A DNA stretch of 64,000 bases, from contig JAGACA010000013.1 of NCBI GenBank assembly GCA_017614315.1, positions 5,597 through 69,596 of the forward strand, read 5' to 3'. Every line of letters begins with the position of its first letter. The first letter of the stretch is position 1. Source of the stretch: Clostridia bacterium (lineage in GTDB: Bacteria; Bacillota; Clostridia; Christensenellales; CAG-138). The notes under the pieces are model-generated. The model did no database searches, had not been told where the DNA came from, and was given only the letters and a program-made list of their open reading frames with translations. Below, in pieces: positions 37,564-46,944 of this stretch. The position numbers and the translations under genes were made by a program.

Positions 37564-38318
37564 GCTCTCAGCTCCTTCCATATCCCGTCGAAGAGCCGCG
37601 AAAAACCTGGGCTCGACCTTCTTTCGAAGGCGGAGCCTTTAATGTCTACGTCGAATTCCCTTCTCACCCGCGCGGGTCTTCCCGAGAACACCGCCACGCG
37701 GTCGCTCATCGCTATCGCCTCGGAGATGTCGTGCGTGACGAGTATCGCCGTGTAGCCGCCCTTTATTATCGCGTCGCGCACCTCGTCCTCCAGTATCAGC
37801 CGCGTCTGGTAATCGAGCGCGGAAAACGGCTCGTCGAGGAGCAGGAGCTCCGGCTCGAGCGCAAGCGTCCTGACGAGCGCCGCCCTTTGCCGCATGCCGC
37901 CGGAAAGCGCGGAAGGGTACGATCTTCTGAACTCGCCGAGCCCGAATCTGTCGAGGAGCGCGAGCGTCTTCGCGCGGGTCTTGCGGGTGAGCTTCTTCCT
38001 CACCTCGAGCCCGAGGAGCGCGTTCTTCTCGATGGTGCGCCACTCGAGGAGCTCATCCCTCTGCAGCATATATCCGACGCGGCTGCCCGCATCGCCGGGC
38101 TTCCCTCCGAGCACGCTGACCCTGCCGCCCGACGGCTGAAAAAGCCCGGCGATCAGCGAAAGGACGCTCGTCTTTCCGCAGCCCGACGGGCCGACTATCG
38201 AAACGAATTCGCCGCGGCGGACGTTAAGATCGAGCCCGTCCACGGCCAAGGTCTCCCGCGAGGGCTCGTGATAGACGAGCTTCACGCCGTAAAGACCGAC
38301 TGCTGTATCTTCGTTCAT
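37560..38318 (-). CDS. NitT/TauT family ABC transporter ATP-binding protein
   Basis: GPSGCGKT, LSGGMRQR, LLLDEPFSALD and VTHD. Confidence 0.92.
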   Translation of the reverse strand: MNEDTAVGLYGVKLVYHEPSRETLAVDGLDLNVRRGEFVSIVGPSGCGKTSVLSLIAGLFQPSGGRVSVLGGKPGDAGSRVGYMLQRDELLEWRTIEKNALLGLEVRKKLTRKTRAKTLALLDRFGLGEFRRSYPSALSGGMRQRAALVRTLALEPELLLLDEPFSALDYQTRLILEDEVRDAIIKGGYTAILVTHDISEAIAMSDRVAVFSGRPARVRREFDVDIKGSAFERRSSPGFSRLFDGIWKELRA

Positions 38319-38414
38319 TTTATTCCTCCGAACAGTATCATACTGTGATACTATGCTTTATCACCCAAAAACGACAAAAGCCCGACCGCGAAGGCCGGGC
38401 AAAAGGTATTGTTT

Positions 38415-39602
38415 TTATATCTTAAAAATCAATGCAACCAACTGGTACAGCCAGTTTGCCGCGATTCCCGCTACCAGACCGCCGATCGTGTGGCTGCCTA
38501 TCGCCTTGCCGGTAAGGTACTTATAGCCCAGGCTGTCCATCATTGACACGTGGGTGGAGAGGTATCCCGACCAGCACATGCACATCGCGGTGAACACCGC
38601 GACGTCGTGCGCGTTTGCGAAGCCCTCCTTGAGCAGGTTCGGCACGAGACCCATCGCCGCGCCCGCGGAACCGAGCGCAGTTATGGGCACGCTGACGCCG
38701 CCCGCGGAGGCGAAGCCGAACAGGGGCTTTAATATGAAATTGATCTTGTCGGCGATCACGGGAAGAAGGCCGATGCCCTCGTACGCCGCGCCGGAATATG
38801 CGCCGTCCGCGCCCGCGCCGTTCGTGAGCATCATTACGAGCGTGCAGATAATGACCACGCCGGGGATTATCCCGAGACCGAGCTGTACGCCGGACTTGCC
38901 GCCTTCGAGGAGCGCGTTCATCGTCCTCATGCCGATGGTCTGGTCGGTATGCTCGACTATATCGTGCTCGTGCACGTCCTTTTCCTCGATCGCGGGGGAT
39001 TCCTTGCCGAACACCTTTTTGGTGAACAGGAGCATTATCCTCGTCGATACGATCGAGCCGATTATCGCTGCGAAATTGCCGACGAGCACGGCGGGCATGA
39101 GGCTCTGCCCCGCGGCGCCCTCCTGACCGAGCATGAACGTGGTGACGATGAGGCCCATTCCGAAGGAGGTGCCGATATTGGTGAGCGCGGGGAGCTGATA
39201 TCTTTTGAAGAAGCTCTTGAATCCCTTATCCTCCGCAAGGGAGAGTATCGCGGGGTTGTCGGAAAGATACGTCGTGACGACGCCGAGCGCCGCCGCGCCG
39301 GGGAGGTCGTAGACCGGCTTCATGAGGGGCGAAAGTATCCTGTTCAGCATATTGACGACGCCGAACTCCGTGAAAACAGCGGATAGCGCGCCCATCAGCA
39401 CGGCTATCGCCATAATGTAAAGGCAGGTGTTGACAAGGATATCGAAGGCCGTGTTCATCAGCGTGGAGAACATGTTCGAGAGCCCCATGGGTATCCCGAG
39501 CAGCACGAATATGCCTATGACTATGACAAGGCAGATCATGGCCGACACCCATTTGGGCGCGTGCCGCTTTTTCCACATGTCTTTGAGCTTCGTGCGCTTC
39601 AT
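38415..39602 (-). CDS. polytopic membrane protein (CD0519/CD1768-like, Gate-type transporter candidate)
   Basis: Multiple TM segments with TYLSDNPAI, TNIGTSFGMG and MCWSGYLSTH motifs. Confidence 0.7.
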   Translation of the reverse strand: MKRTKLKDMWKKRHAPKWVSAMICLVIVIGIFVLLGIPMGLSNMFSTLMNTAFDILVNTCLYIMAIAVLMGALSAVFTEFGVVNMLNRILSPLMKPVYDLPGAAALGVVTTYLSDNPAILSLAEDKGFKSFFKRYQLPALTNIGTSFGMGLIVTTFMLGQEGAAGQSLMPAVLVGNFAAIIGSIVSTRIMLLFTKKVFGKESPAIEEKDVHEHDIVEHTDQTIGMRTMNALLEGGKSGVQLGLGIIPGVVIICTLVMMLTNGAGADGAYSGAAYEGIGLLPVIADKINFILKPLFGFASAGGVSVPITALGSAGAAMGLVPNLLKEGFANAHDVAVFTAMCMCWSGYLSTHVSMMDSLGYKYLTGKAIGSHTIGGLVAGIAANWLYQLVALIFKI

Positions 39603-39949
39603 GCCGTTCCTCCGGAAAAATACGCTTCGATCTTCCGATCACGCTTATTATACCATATAAAAAAGTTTTTTGTTGATTTTATTCGCGCGGAATAAATATA
39701 TTTGTTCCTTTCGGGAACCGAACGCCCCTCCCGCGCGTCATATGATCGAACGCACAAGGCATGACGCCGAAGAAAACCGGAGGCGCCGTGCCCTGACCCG
39801 TTCGCGGCGAACACCCCCTCGCGGAAAAGAAAACCTTGCCCGCGAAGGTATAAATAGATGATCCATATAGATCGGCAGACCGAAAGGTCTGCCCCTTTTT
39901 TCGAAAAAGGGGATCCCGCGTCCGGCGGGATCCCCTGATCCGTTCTAAT

Positions 39950-40963
39950 TCAGTCCTCGTTTTTCAGCGCGCGGATCTTTTCCGTCAGCATGGGCACGAC
40001 CTTGTTGAGATCGCCGACCACGCCGTAATCGGCGATGTTGAATATCGGGGCGGTCTCGTCGCGGTTGATCGCGATTATTATCTCGGATTCCTCCATGCCG
40101 GCCATGTGCTGTATCGCGCCGGAGATGCCCACCGCGATGTAGAGCTTGGGACGGACGGTCTTGCCCGTCTGGCCGACCTGCAGCTCCTTATCCGCCCAGC
40201 CCGCGTCGACCGCCGCGCGGCTCGCGGCGACCCTGCCGCCGAGCGCGTCCGCGAGGTCATAGAGCATTTTGAAGTTCTCCTTCGAGCCCATACCGCGGCC
40301 GCCTGCGACAAGTATCTTCGCCTCGGAGATGTCGACCGCCTCGTTCATCTTTTTTATGACGTCGAGTATCTCGATGAAGCGGTCGTTCCTTTCGATCTTG
40401 TAATTGAAGGGCATAACGTTCGCTCGCCTTCCCGGGACGCGCTCCGCCTTCTGCATAACGCCGGGGCGGACAGTCGCCATCTGGGGACGGAAATCGGGGC
40501 AGACGATGGTCGCCATGAGGTTGCCGCCGAACGCTGGACGCGTCATGAGGAGCCTTCCCGTCTCCTTTTCGATCTCGAGCTTCGTGCAGTCGGCGGTGAG
40601 GCCGGTATGCACCCTCGCGGAGACGCGCGGCGCGAGGTCGCGGCCGATCGTGGTCGCACCGTAAAGGACTATCTCGGGCTTGAAATAGTCGATCACGCCA
40701 TACATCGCCTGCGCGTAAGGCTCGGTCATGTAGTCCCTGAGCTCGGGATCGTCGAGCAGCACCACGTTGTCCGCGCCGTACTCGCCGAGCTCGTCCGCGA
40801 GCGCCTTTACGCCGCAGCCGCAAAGCACCGCGGAAACGGAGGTGTTTAGCGAAGAAGCAAGCTCCTTTGCCTTGCCGATCAGCTCGAACGATACGGGAGC
40901 GATAACGCCCTCGACCTGCTGAACGAATACGTAAACGCCTTTATATTCACTGAATTCTTTCAT
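39950..40963 (-). CDS. etfA: electron transfer flavoprotein alpha subunit
   Basis: GLTADCT, RPAFGGN, GGRG, QVGQTGK and GISGAIQH. Confidence 0.95.
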   Translation of the reverse strand: MKEFSEYKGVYVFVQQVEGVIAPVSFELIGKAKELASSLNTSVSAVLCGCGVKALADELGEYGADNVVLLDDPELRDYMTEPYAQAMYGVIDYFKPEIVLYGATTIGRDLAPRVSARVHTGLTADCTKLEIEKETGRLLMTRPAFGGNLMATIVCPDFRPQMATVRPGVMQKAERVPGRRANVMPFNYKIERNDRFIEILDVIKKMNEAVDISEAKILVAGGRGMGSKENFKMLYDLADALGGRVAASRAAVDAGWADKELQVGQTGKTVRPKLYIAVGISGAIQHMAGMEESEIIIAINRDETAPIFNIADYGVVGDLNKVVPMLTEKIRALKNED

Positions 40964-40973
40964 ATCCGTTACC

Positions 40974-41759
40974 TCAAATCACGAACTTTTCGCGGAGCTT
41001 TTCGAGGAGGTAATCCGCCTCGGCCTCGGCGTCGAGCGTCACGACCTCGCCCTTGCCCTTCAAGGCCTTGGGGAAGGATTCCTTTACGCGGGTGGGCGAG
41101 CCCTTGAGCCCGATATTGCCGTCGTCGACGGGAACGTCGGGACGCGTCCAGACCGTTACCTTTTTTTCGCGGTAGGCCTCGAAGATGCCGCCCGGCGTCA
41201 TGTATCGGGGGCGGTTCAACTCGGTCAGCGCGGTGACGAGGCAGGGCATCTTTACCCTGACGACCTGATAGCTCGACTCGAACTGCCTCTTTACGATCAG
41301 CGAATCGCCTACCACGCGGATCTCCTCGGCGTAGCTGACGTTCGGCACGCCGAGATGCTCCGCCATCTGCGGACCGACCTGCGCAGTGTCGCCGTCGATC
41401 GCCTGACGGCCGGTGAAGACTATGTCGAAGGGCAGCTTCTTTACCGCGGCGGCGATGGTGGATGAGGTCGCCCAGGTATCCGCTCCGCCGAAAGCGCGGT
41501 CGCTTATGAGATAAGCCTCGTCCGCGCCCATCGCAAGCGCCTCGCGGAGCACCGCGTCGGCCTGGGCGGGGCCCATCGAAACCACGCGCACGACCGCGCC
41601 GAGCTCGTCCTTTATGCGCAGAGCCGCCTCAAGGCCGGCCTTGTCGTCGGGATTCATTATGGAAGGCACTCCCTCGCGGATCAGCGTCCCGGTCTTGGGA
41701 TCGAGCCTGACCTCGTTCGTGTCGGGGACCTGTTTTATACACACTACTATATTAAGCAT
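40974..41759 (-). CDS. etfB: electron transfer flavoprotein beta subunit
   Basis: VCIKQVPD, ALAMGAD, GADTWAT, GRQAIDGDTAQV and GLKGSPT. Confidence 0.95.
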   Translation of the reverse strand: MLNIVVCIKQVPDTNEVRLDPKTGTLIREGVPSIMNPDDKAGLEAALRIKDELGAVVRVVSMGPAQADAVLREALAMGADEAYLISDRAFGGADTWATSSTIAAAVKKLPFDIVFTGRQAIDGDTAQVGPQMAEHLGVPNVSYAEEIRVVGDSLIVKRQFESSYQVVRVKMPCLVTALTELNRPRYMTPGGIFEAYREKKVTVWTRPDVPVDDGNIGLKGSPTRVKESFPKALKGKGEVVTLDAEAEADYLLEKLREKFVI

Positions 41760-41788
41760 ACTTTTCTCCGTTCCTTGCTCCCGCGGGA

Positions 41789-42928
41789 TCAATTGAGGAT
41801 GCTCCCCGCGATTACCATGCGCTGCACCTCGCTGGTGCCCTCGTATATTTCGGTGATCTTAGCGTCGCGCATCATGCGCTCGACCGCGTATTCGCGGGTG
41901 TAGCCGTAGCCGCCGTGGAGCTGGACGCATTTTGTGGTGACGTCCATAGCCGTCTCCGCCGCAAAGAGCTTCGCCATGGCGGCCTCGACGCTGAAGCGCT
42001 TCTGCGTATCCTTGGCGTACGCCGCCTTGTAGACCAGCTGCTTCGCCGCTTCGATCCTCGTAGCCATGTTCGCTATCGTGAACTGCGTGTTCTGGAACGC
42101 CGCGATGGCGCGCCCGAACTGCTTCCTCTGCTTGACGTACGCGACGGTCGCGTCCAATGCGCCCTCCGCGATGCCGAGCGCCTGCGCCGCGATGCCTATG
42201 CGCCCGCCGTCGAGCGTCGCCATGGCGATGGAGAAGCCCTTGCCCTCCTGCCCCAGCAGGTTCTCGCGCGGGATGCGGCAGTCGCGGAATATGAGCTCGT
42301 ACGTGGACGAGCCGCGGATTCCCATCTTCTTTTCCTTGGTGCCGAAGGTGAACCCCGGCGTACCCTTTTCGACGATGAAGGCGGATATGCCCTTCGTGCC
42401 CATCGAGGGATCGGTCATGGCGAATATGACGTAGATATCGGCTTCCTTGCCGTTTGTGATGAACGTCTTGGAGCCGTTTATGACGTACTCCTCGCCGTCG
42501 AGGACGGCCCTCGTCGCCTGGCCGGAGGCGTCCGTCCCGGCGTTCGGCTCGGTCAGCGCGAACGCGCCGAGCTTATCGCCCGAGGCGAGCGGCTTTAAGA
42601 ACTCCTCCTTTTGGGAGGGCGTGCCGAATTTGAGTATCGGGTCGCAGCAGAGCGACGTGTGCGCGGAGACGATGACGCCTGTTGTGGCGCACCTTTTCGA
42701 TATCTCCTCGACGCACAGGACGTACGTCAGCGTGTCGCAGCCCTGTCCGCCGTACTCGCGCGGGATGGGAATGCCCATGAAGCCGTATTTCTGAAGCTTC
42801 TCGACGCTCCCCCGCGGGAACTCCTCCGTTTCGTCGACCTGTTCGGCATAGGGCTTTATCTCGTGCTCCGCGAAATCGGAGAAGAGCGTCCTTGCCATAA
42901 GGTGCTCGGAGCTTAGCGTAAAATCCAT
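41789..42928 (-). CDS. bcd: acyl-CoA (butyryl-CoA type) dehydrogenase
   Basis: FALTEPNAGTD, GSKTFITNG, KMGIRGS, RKQFG and IYEGTSEVQ; in an operon with etfBA. Confidence 0.9.
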   Translation of the reverse strand: MDFTLSSEHLMARTLFSDFAEHEIKPYAEQVDETEEFPRGSVEKLQKYGFMGIPIPREYGGQGCDTLTYVLCVEEISKRCATTGVIVSAHTSLCCDPILKFGTPSQKEEFLKPLASGDKLGAFALTEPNAGTDASGQATRAVLDGEEYVINGSKTFITNGKEADIYVIFAMTDPSMGTKGISAFIVEKGTPGFTFGTKEKKMGIRGSSTYELIFRDCRIPRENLLGQEGKGFSIAMATLDGGRIGIAAQALGIAEGALDATVAYVKQRKQFGRAIAAFQNTQFTIANMATRIEAAKQLVYKAAYAKDTQKRFSVEAAMAKLFAAETAMDVTTKCVQLHGGYGYTREYAVERMMRDAKITEIYEGTSEVQRMVIAGSILN

Positions 42929-43100
42929 GAATTACCTCCATAGAACCATGATTACTGATAAGCCCTTACAGGGCGTAATGATTATACCCCTTTTTCGTCC
43001 CTCTTTCAAGCTCGGCGGGCAGTATATATGATGTATCTAATATCCCAAATTAGATTTTATGCTCTTGAATATCATTTTTGTTTGTGTTACAATGCTGACC

Positions 43101-44384
43101 GTGAAGCAATCATCCGAAAACCCGACCTGGCTTAAGCTCGACAACGCGGCGAAGATCTATCCGCCCGCGCAGACCGAGGGCTGGAACGCGCTGTTCCGCC
43201 TGTCGGTCACTTTCGACGAGCCGGTCGACCGCGGCGTGCTGTCGGCGGCTCTTGCCAGGGTGCTCAAGAGATTCCCCAACTTTGCCATGAGGCTCCGTCG
43301 GGGGTTGTTCTGGTACTATCTCGACCGCCTTTCGGGACAGCCGGAGATCCAGGACGACGTGAAGAACCCCTGCGCGCGCATGAATTTCAAGGAAAACGGC
43401 GGCTTCGCCTTCCGCGTGCGCGTTTTCGGCTGCAGGGTCGCCGTGGAGATATTCCACGTGATCACCGACGGCGCGGGCGGGCTGTCGTTCATAAAGACTC
43501 TCGCGGCGGAATATGTCTCGATCAAATACGGCGTGACCGTCCCGCGCGAAGGCGACATACTCGACTGTGACGAGGCGCCGTCGAAGGACGAGCTGGAGGA
43601 CGGTTTTTTGAAGCATGCGGGGCCGAGGGCGGTGCCGCCTCCCCCGGGGCTCGCGTATCACCTTCGCAGCACTCCCGACAGGGACTTTCTGCGCGTGACG
43701 ACGGGGATCGTCGACTCCGCGGAGATATCCGAAAAGGCGAAGGCGCTCGGCGTGACCGTCACGGAATATCTCGCGACGGTGCTCCTCTTCGCCGCCGCGG
43801 ACTGGAAGCGCGCGAGGCGCGGCTTCTTCCAGTCGAGGCGCCCGGTCATCGTCAGCATACCCGTCAATTTAAGGAAGCTTTTCGGCTGCCGCACATTGAG
43901 GAACTTCGCCAATTACGCTACCGTCGGGCTCGATACGCGCCTCGGGGAATACTCGTTCGAGGAGGCGGTCAAGGTCGTGCATCATCAGCTCCGCCTCGGT
44001 ACGGATAAGCACGTGCTCGCGGCGAGGATCGCGTCGAACGTCGGCATCGAAAAAAACATACTGCTCCGCATGGTGCCGCGCGTCATCAAGAAGCCGATAA
44101 TGAGCCTCGCCTACCGCATGGAGGGCGATATGAAGAATACGACGAGCCTGTCGAACCTCGGTCAGGTGACCCTCCCGCCTGAGATGGGGGCGCATATCGC
44201 GAGGTTCGATTTCCTGCTTGGCTCGCTCGTCAGGAATCCCGTAAACGCCGCGGCCGTCGGCTACGGCGGGAAAGTCGTTATCAATTTCTCCCGCGTGATC
44301 GAGGAGAGCTTCCTCGAAAGGGCGTTCTTCCGCCGCCTCGTGAAGCTGGGCGTGCACGTTTTGATAGAGAGCAATTACAGTTAG
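43101..44384 (+). CDS. alcohol acetyltransferase/condensation-type CoA-dependent acyltransferase
   Basis: LDNAAKIYP, HxxxDG (FHVITDG), PVNLR and SNLG; probable leaderless GTG start. Confidence 0.8.
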   Translation: MKQSSENPTWLKLDNAAKIYPPAQTEGWNALFRLSVTFDEPVDRGVLSAALARVLKRFPNFAMRLRRGLFWYYLDRLSGQPEIQDDVKNPCARMNFKENGGFAFRVRVFGCRVAVEIFHVITDGAGGLSFIKTLAAEYVSIKYGVTVPREGDILDCDEAPSKDELEDGFLKHAGPRAVPPPPGLAYHLRSTPDRDFLRVTTGIVDSAEISEKAKALGVTVTEYLATVLLFAAADWKRARRGFFQSRRPVIVSIPVNLRKLFGCRTLRNFANYATVGLDTRLGEYSFEEAVKVVHHQLRLGTDKHVLAARIASNVGIEKNILLRMVPRVIKKPIMSLAYRMEGDMKNTTSLSNLGQVTLPPEMGAHIARFDFLLGSLVRNPVNAAAVGYGGKVVINFSRVIEESFLERAFFRRLVKLGVHVLIESNYS

Positions 44385-44412
44385 GAGTTATTGATTTGCG
44401 ATCGGTTTCCGG

Positions 44413-44440
44413 CTCCTAACTCCTAATTCCTCACTCCTAA
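44413..44440. repeat. heptamer tandem repeat (CTCCTAA)x4, imperfect, with an inverted copy at 44381
   Basis: CTCCTAA CTCCTAA TTCCTCA CTCCTAA, with TTAGGAG upstream. Confidence 0.75.
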
Positions 44441-44464
44441 CCGAAATATGATCCGGAGGTATTT

Positions 44465-45169
44465 GTGTCTTACTGCGTCAACTGCGGCGTCGAGCTTGCC
44501 GCTTCCGAAAAAAGATGTCCTTTGTGCGGAGTCGAGGTGATAAACCCCTCCTCTCCCTTCGACCCGACCGCCGCAAGGCCGTATCCCGACCGTCACGAGG
44601 CTATCCGCCACCGCGCCATCCGCGTGGTCGCGGCCCGGGTGCTGTCGCTGCTTATGGCGATACCGTTCATACTCGTGCTGCTTCTCGACCTCATAGAGGA
44701 CGGCTCCATGTCGTGGTCGCTCATACCCGCGGCGTCAATCGCTTTCGCGTTCCTCGCATTCGTGTTCCCCTGCCTTTTCAAGAAGCCGATACTTTGGATG
44801 TTCATGATATTCTCCACGCTTGCCGCGGCAGCATACCTTTTCGTGCTTCACATCATTCTGAAGGGCGGATGGTATTACCTCTTCGCTCTTCCCCTTACCG
44901 CGATGACCGGCGCGGCGACTATCGGCATATACCTCATGATCCGTTCGAAAAAAGCTTCGCTCCCGTTAAAGCTCATAATAATCCTCCTCATAATAATGGT
45001 GTTCGTGCTGCTCGTTCAGCTCGTGACCGAGCTCAACTTCCGCGGCGAGATCAGATTTGACTGGTCGCTCTACGTCGCGGTCAGCTGCGGCATGCTCAGC
45101 CTCGTCGTGCTGATAGTCGGCAGGCTGTACAGAAAGAGCGAACGCTTCCGCAAAAAGCTCTTCTTCTGA
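44465..45169 (+). CDS. DUF6320-like zinc-ribbon membrane protein
   Basis: YCVNCGV...CPLC, six TM segments and a C-terminal RKKLFF; RBS GGAGG with a TTG start. Confidence 0.8.
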   Translation: MSYCVNCGVELAASEKRCPLCGVEVINPSSPFDPTAARPYPDRHEAIRHRAIRVVAARVLSLLMAIPFILVLLLDLIEDGSMSWSLIPAASIAFAFLAFVFPCLFKKPILWMFMIFSTLAAAAYLFVLHIILKGGWYYLFALPLTAMTGAATIGIYLMIRSKKASLPLKLIIILLIIMVFVLLVQLVTELNFRGEIRFDWSLYVAVSCGMLSLVVLIVGRLYRKSERFRKKLFF

Positions 45170-45362
45170 GCCGCGCGGTTATTGAAAACCCGTAAAAAAC
45201 AGTATATAATAGTCGGTGTGGGGCCTTTCTTGCGTCCTGCAACCCAAGGTTGACAAAAATTGCGTCAAAATTTATGCATTTGAAAAGCAGAATTGCTGGC
45301 GCAACCGAGGGTAAACGGGGTATCATTTGCCCAGAAAAACCAAACGGAAAGGAAACCCGATC

Positions 45363-46718
45363 ATGAATATCGAAATCGCAAACCGTCTTGTAAAGATGCG
45401 TAAAGCCCACGGGTATTCGCAGGAAGAGCTTGCCGAAAAGCTCGGTCTCTCCCGCCAGGCGGTATCCAAGTGGGAAAGGGCGGAATCCTCCCCCGACACC
45501 GACAACCTTATAATGCTCTCAAGGCTCTACGGAGTATCGCTTGACGAGCTTCTCTCCACCGAGGACGAGATCCCCGAGCCCGAGGTCGTCGAAGAAGAGA
45601 CCTCCTCCGGCGAAAAGGACAGCGTTCACGTCAGCTTCATTCACGGTATCAACGTCACCGACGAGGACGGCTCGAAAGTGCACATCGGCTGGGACGGCAT
45701 TCGCGTGAACGATAAGAAGGACGGCGAGAACATCAATATCGGCTCGGCGGACGCGGAGGTCATCGACGACGATCCCGACTGGATCAATTCCTATATAAAG
45801 GATATCGAGGTCGACGACAGCGGCGTCACCTTCACCCAGAACGGCGAAAGGATCCACCGCGACTGGAACCGCTTTAAGGGCGGCAAGAAGAGCTTCGTCC
45901 ACAAGGTAAGATCCGAAAAGACCGGCAAATGGCGCACCACGATCGTGTCCGAGAACGGGCACAAGGTCGTGCTCGACACCAACGACGAGCCCTCGGACGA
46001 CGTGATCAGCTCCAACGGCGTTACCGTTTCGAAGAGCGTCTCCTCCGGCTTCCCCTATGCGGTGTTCGTGACCGGCGCGTTCCTGCTCCTCGGCTTCCTC
46101 AAGCAGTGGTGGCATCCCGCATGGGTGCTGTTCCTCACGATACCGATCTATTACACGATCGTGAACGCCCTTAAAAAGAAGAGGATCGGCGCTCTCGACA
46201 TAATCGTACCGATAGTCGTCACCGGCGCGTACGTCGCTCTCGGATGGATCTATGGCTTATGGCATCCCCTGTGGCTGATGCTTCTCGCGATCCCCGCTTA
46301 CTATGCGATCTCCATCGCCGTCCGCAGGAATTGGGGCAAGGGTTCCGCCGCGACGGGCATATACGCCCTTCTCGTTGTCGCCGCTTACATCGCGCTCGGC
46401 GTGACCTTCGGCGGCACCGCGTGGACCGTAGGCTGGCTCCTGTTCCTCACCGTCCCGATGTTCGCTTCGATCGTGACCTCCATCAGGAAAAAGTCGTTCA
46501 GGCGCTTCCTTACCCACTTCCCCTGGGAGCTCCTCATCGTCGGCGGCTATCTTTTCGTAGGTCTCATGTACGGCGTCTGGCATCCCACCTGGGTCGCCTT
46601 CCTCTTCATCCCCGTATGGCGCTGGCTCGTCAGCCTCATGGCCGGCAAGAAGAAGGACTCCTCCGTCGTTATCGACGTGGATTCGGATGACGACGATGAC
46701 GACGATGACGACGATTGA
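45363..46718 (+). CDS. XRE-family HTH regulator fused to repeated membrane hairpins
   Basis: SQEELAEKLGLSRQAVSKWE...PD, four WHPxW-like TM repeats and a poly-Asp tail. Confidence 0.85.
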   Translation: MNIEIANRLVKMRKAHGYSQEELAEKLGLSRQAVSKWERAESSPDTDNLIMLSRLYGVSLDELLSTEDEIPEPEVVEEETSSGEKDSVHVSFIHGINVTDEDGSKVHIGWDGIRVNDKKDGENINIGSADAEVIDDDPDWINSYIKDIEVDDSGVTFTQNGERIHRDWNRFKGGKKSFVHKVRSEKTGKWRTTIVSENGHKVVLDTNDEPSDDVISSNGVTVSKSVSSGFPYAVFVTGAFLLLGFLKQWWHPAWVLFLTIPIYYTIVNALKKKRIGALDIIVPIVVTGAYVALGWIYGLWHPLWLMLLAIPAYYAISIAVRRNWGKGSAATGIYALLVVAAYIALGVTFGGTAWTVGWLLFLTVPMFASIVTSIRKKSFRRFLTHFPWELLIVGGYLFVGLMYGVWHPTWVAFLFIPVWRWLVSLMAGKKKDSSVVIDVDSDDDDDDDDDD

Positions 46719-46741
46719 TTGAAAACGGCGATACGTTAATG

Positions 46742-46775
46742 GCATAAAGGGCGAAAAGCCCTTTATGCTTTTTTT
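46742..46775 (+). terminator. intrinsic terminator
   Basis: GCATAAAGGGC-GAAAA-GCCCTTTATGC followed by a T run. Confidence 0.88.
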
Positions 46776-46776
46776 C

Positions 46777-46944
46777 TTTACATTCAAAGCGGGGCGTGTT
46801 ATAATTCCGTCGGAGCATTTCCGATCATTGAATACGAGGTACACCGGCTTGAACATTCGCTGAATCGCATCATCACCCATATCCTTTTGACCCGCGCCCT
46901 TAATATGGGGCGTTGCGGTTGTGTTTTGATTCGGCGAGGTATTT
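46777..46944 (+). promoter_or_regulatory. promoter and structured leader (putative uORF attenuator) of the ABC-F gene
   Basis: TTTACA-17 nt-TATAAT; GAGGT + TTG-AAC-ATT-CGC-TGA uORF; 46857-46866 pairs with 46928-46937. Confidence 0.6.

Noticed and set aside
42929-43100. Rex operator upstream of bcd-etfBA
   Set aside because: No convincing TTGT(T/G)AA-N4-TT(A/C)ACAA match
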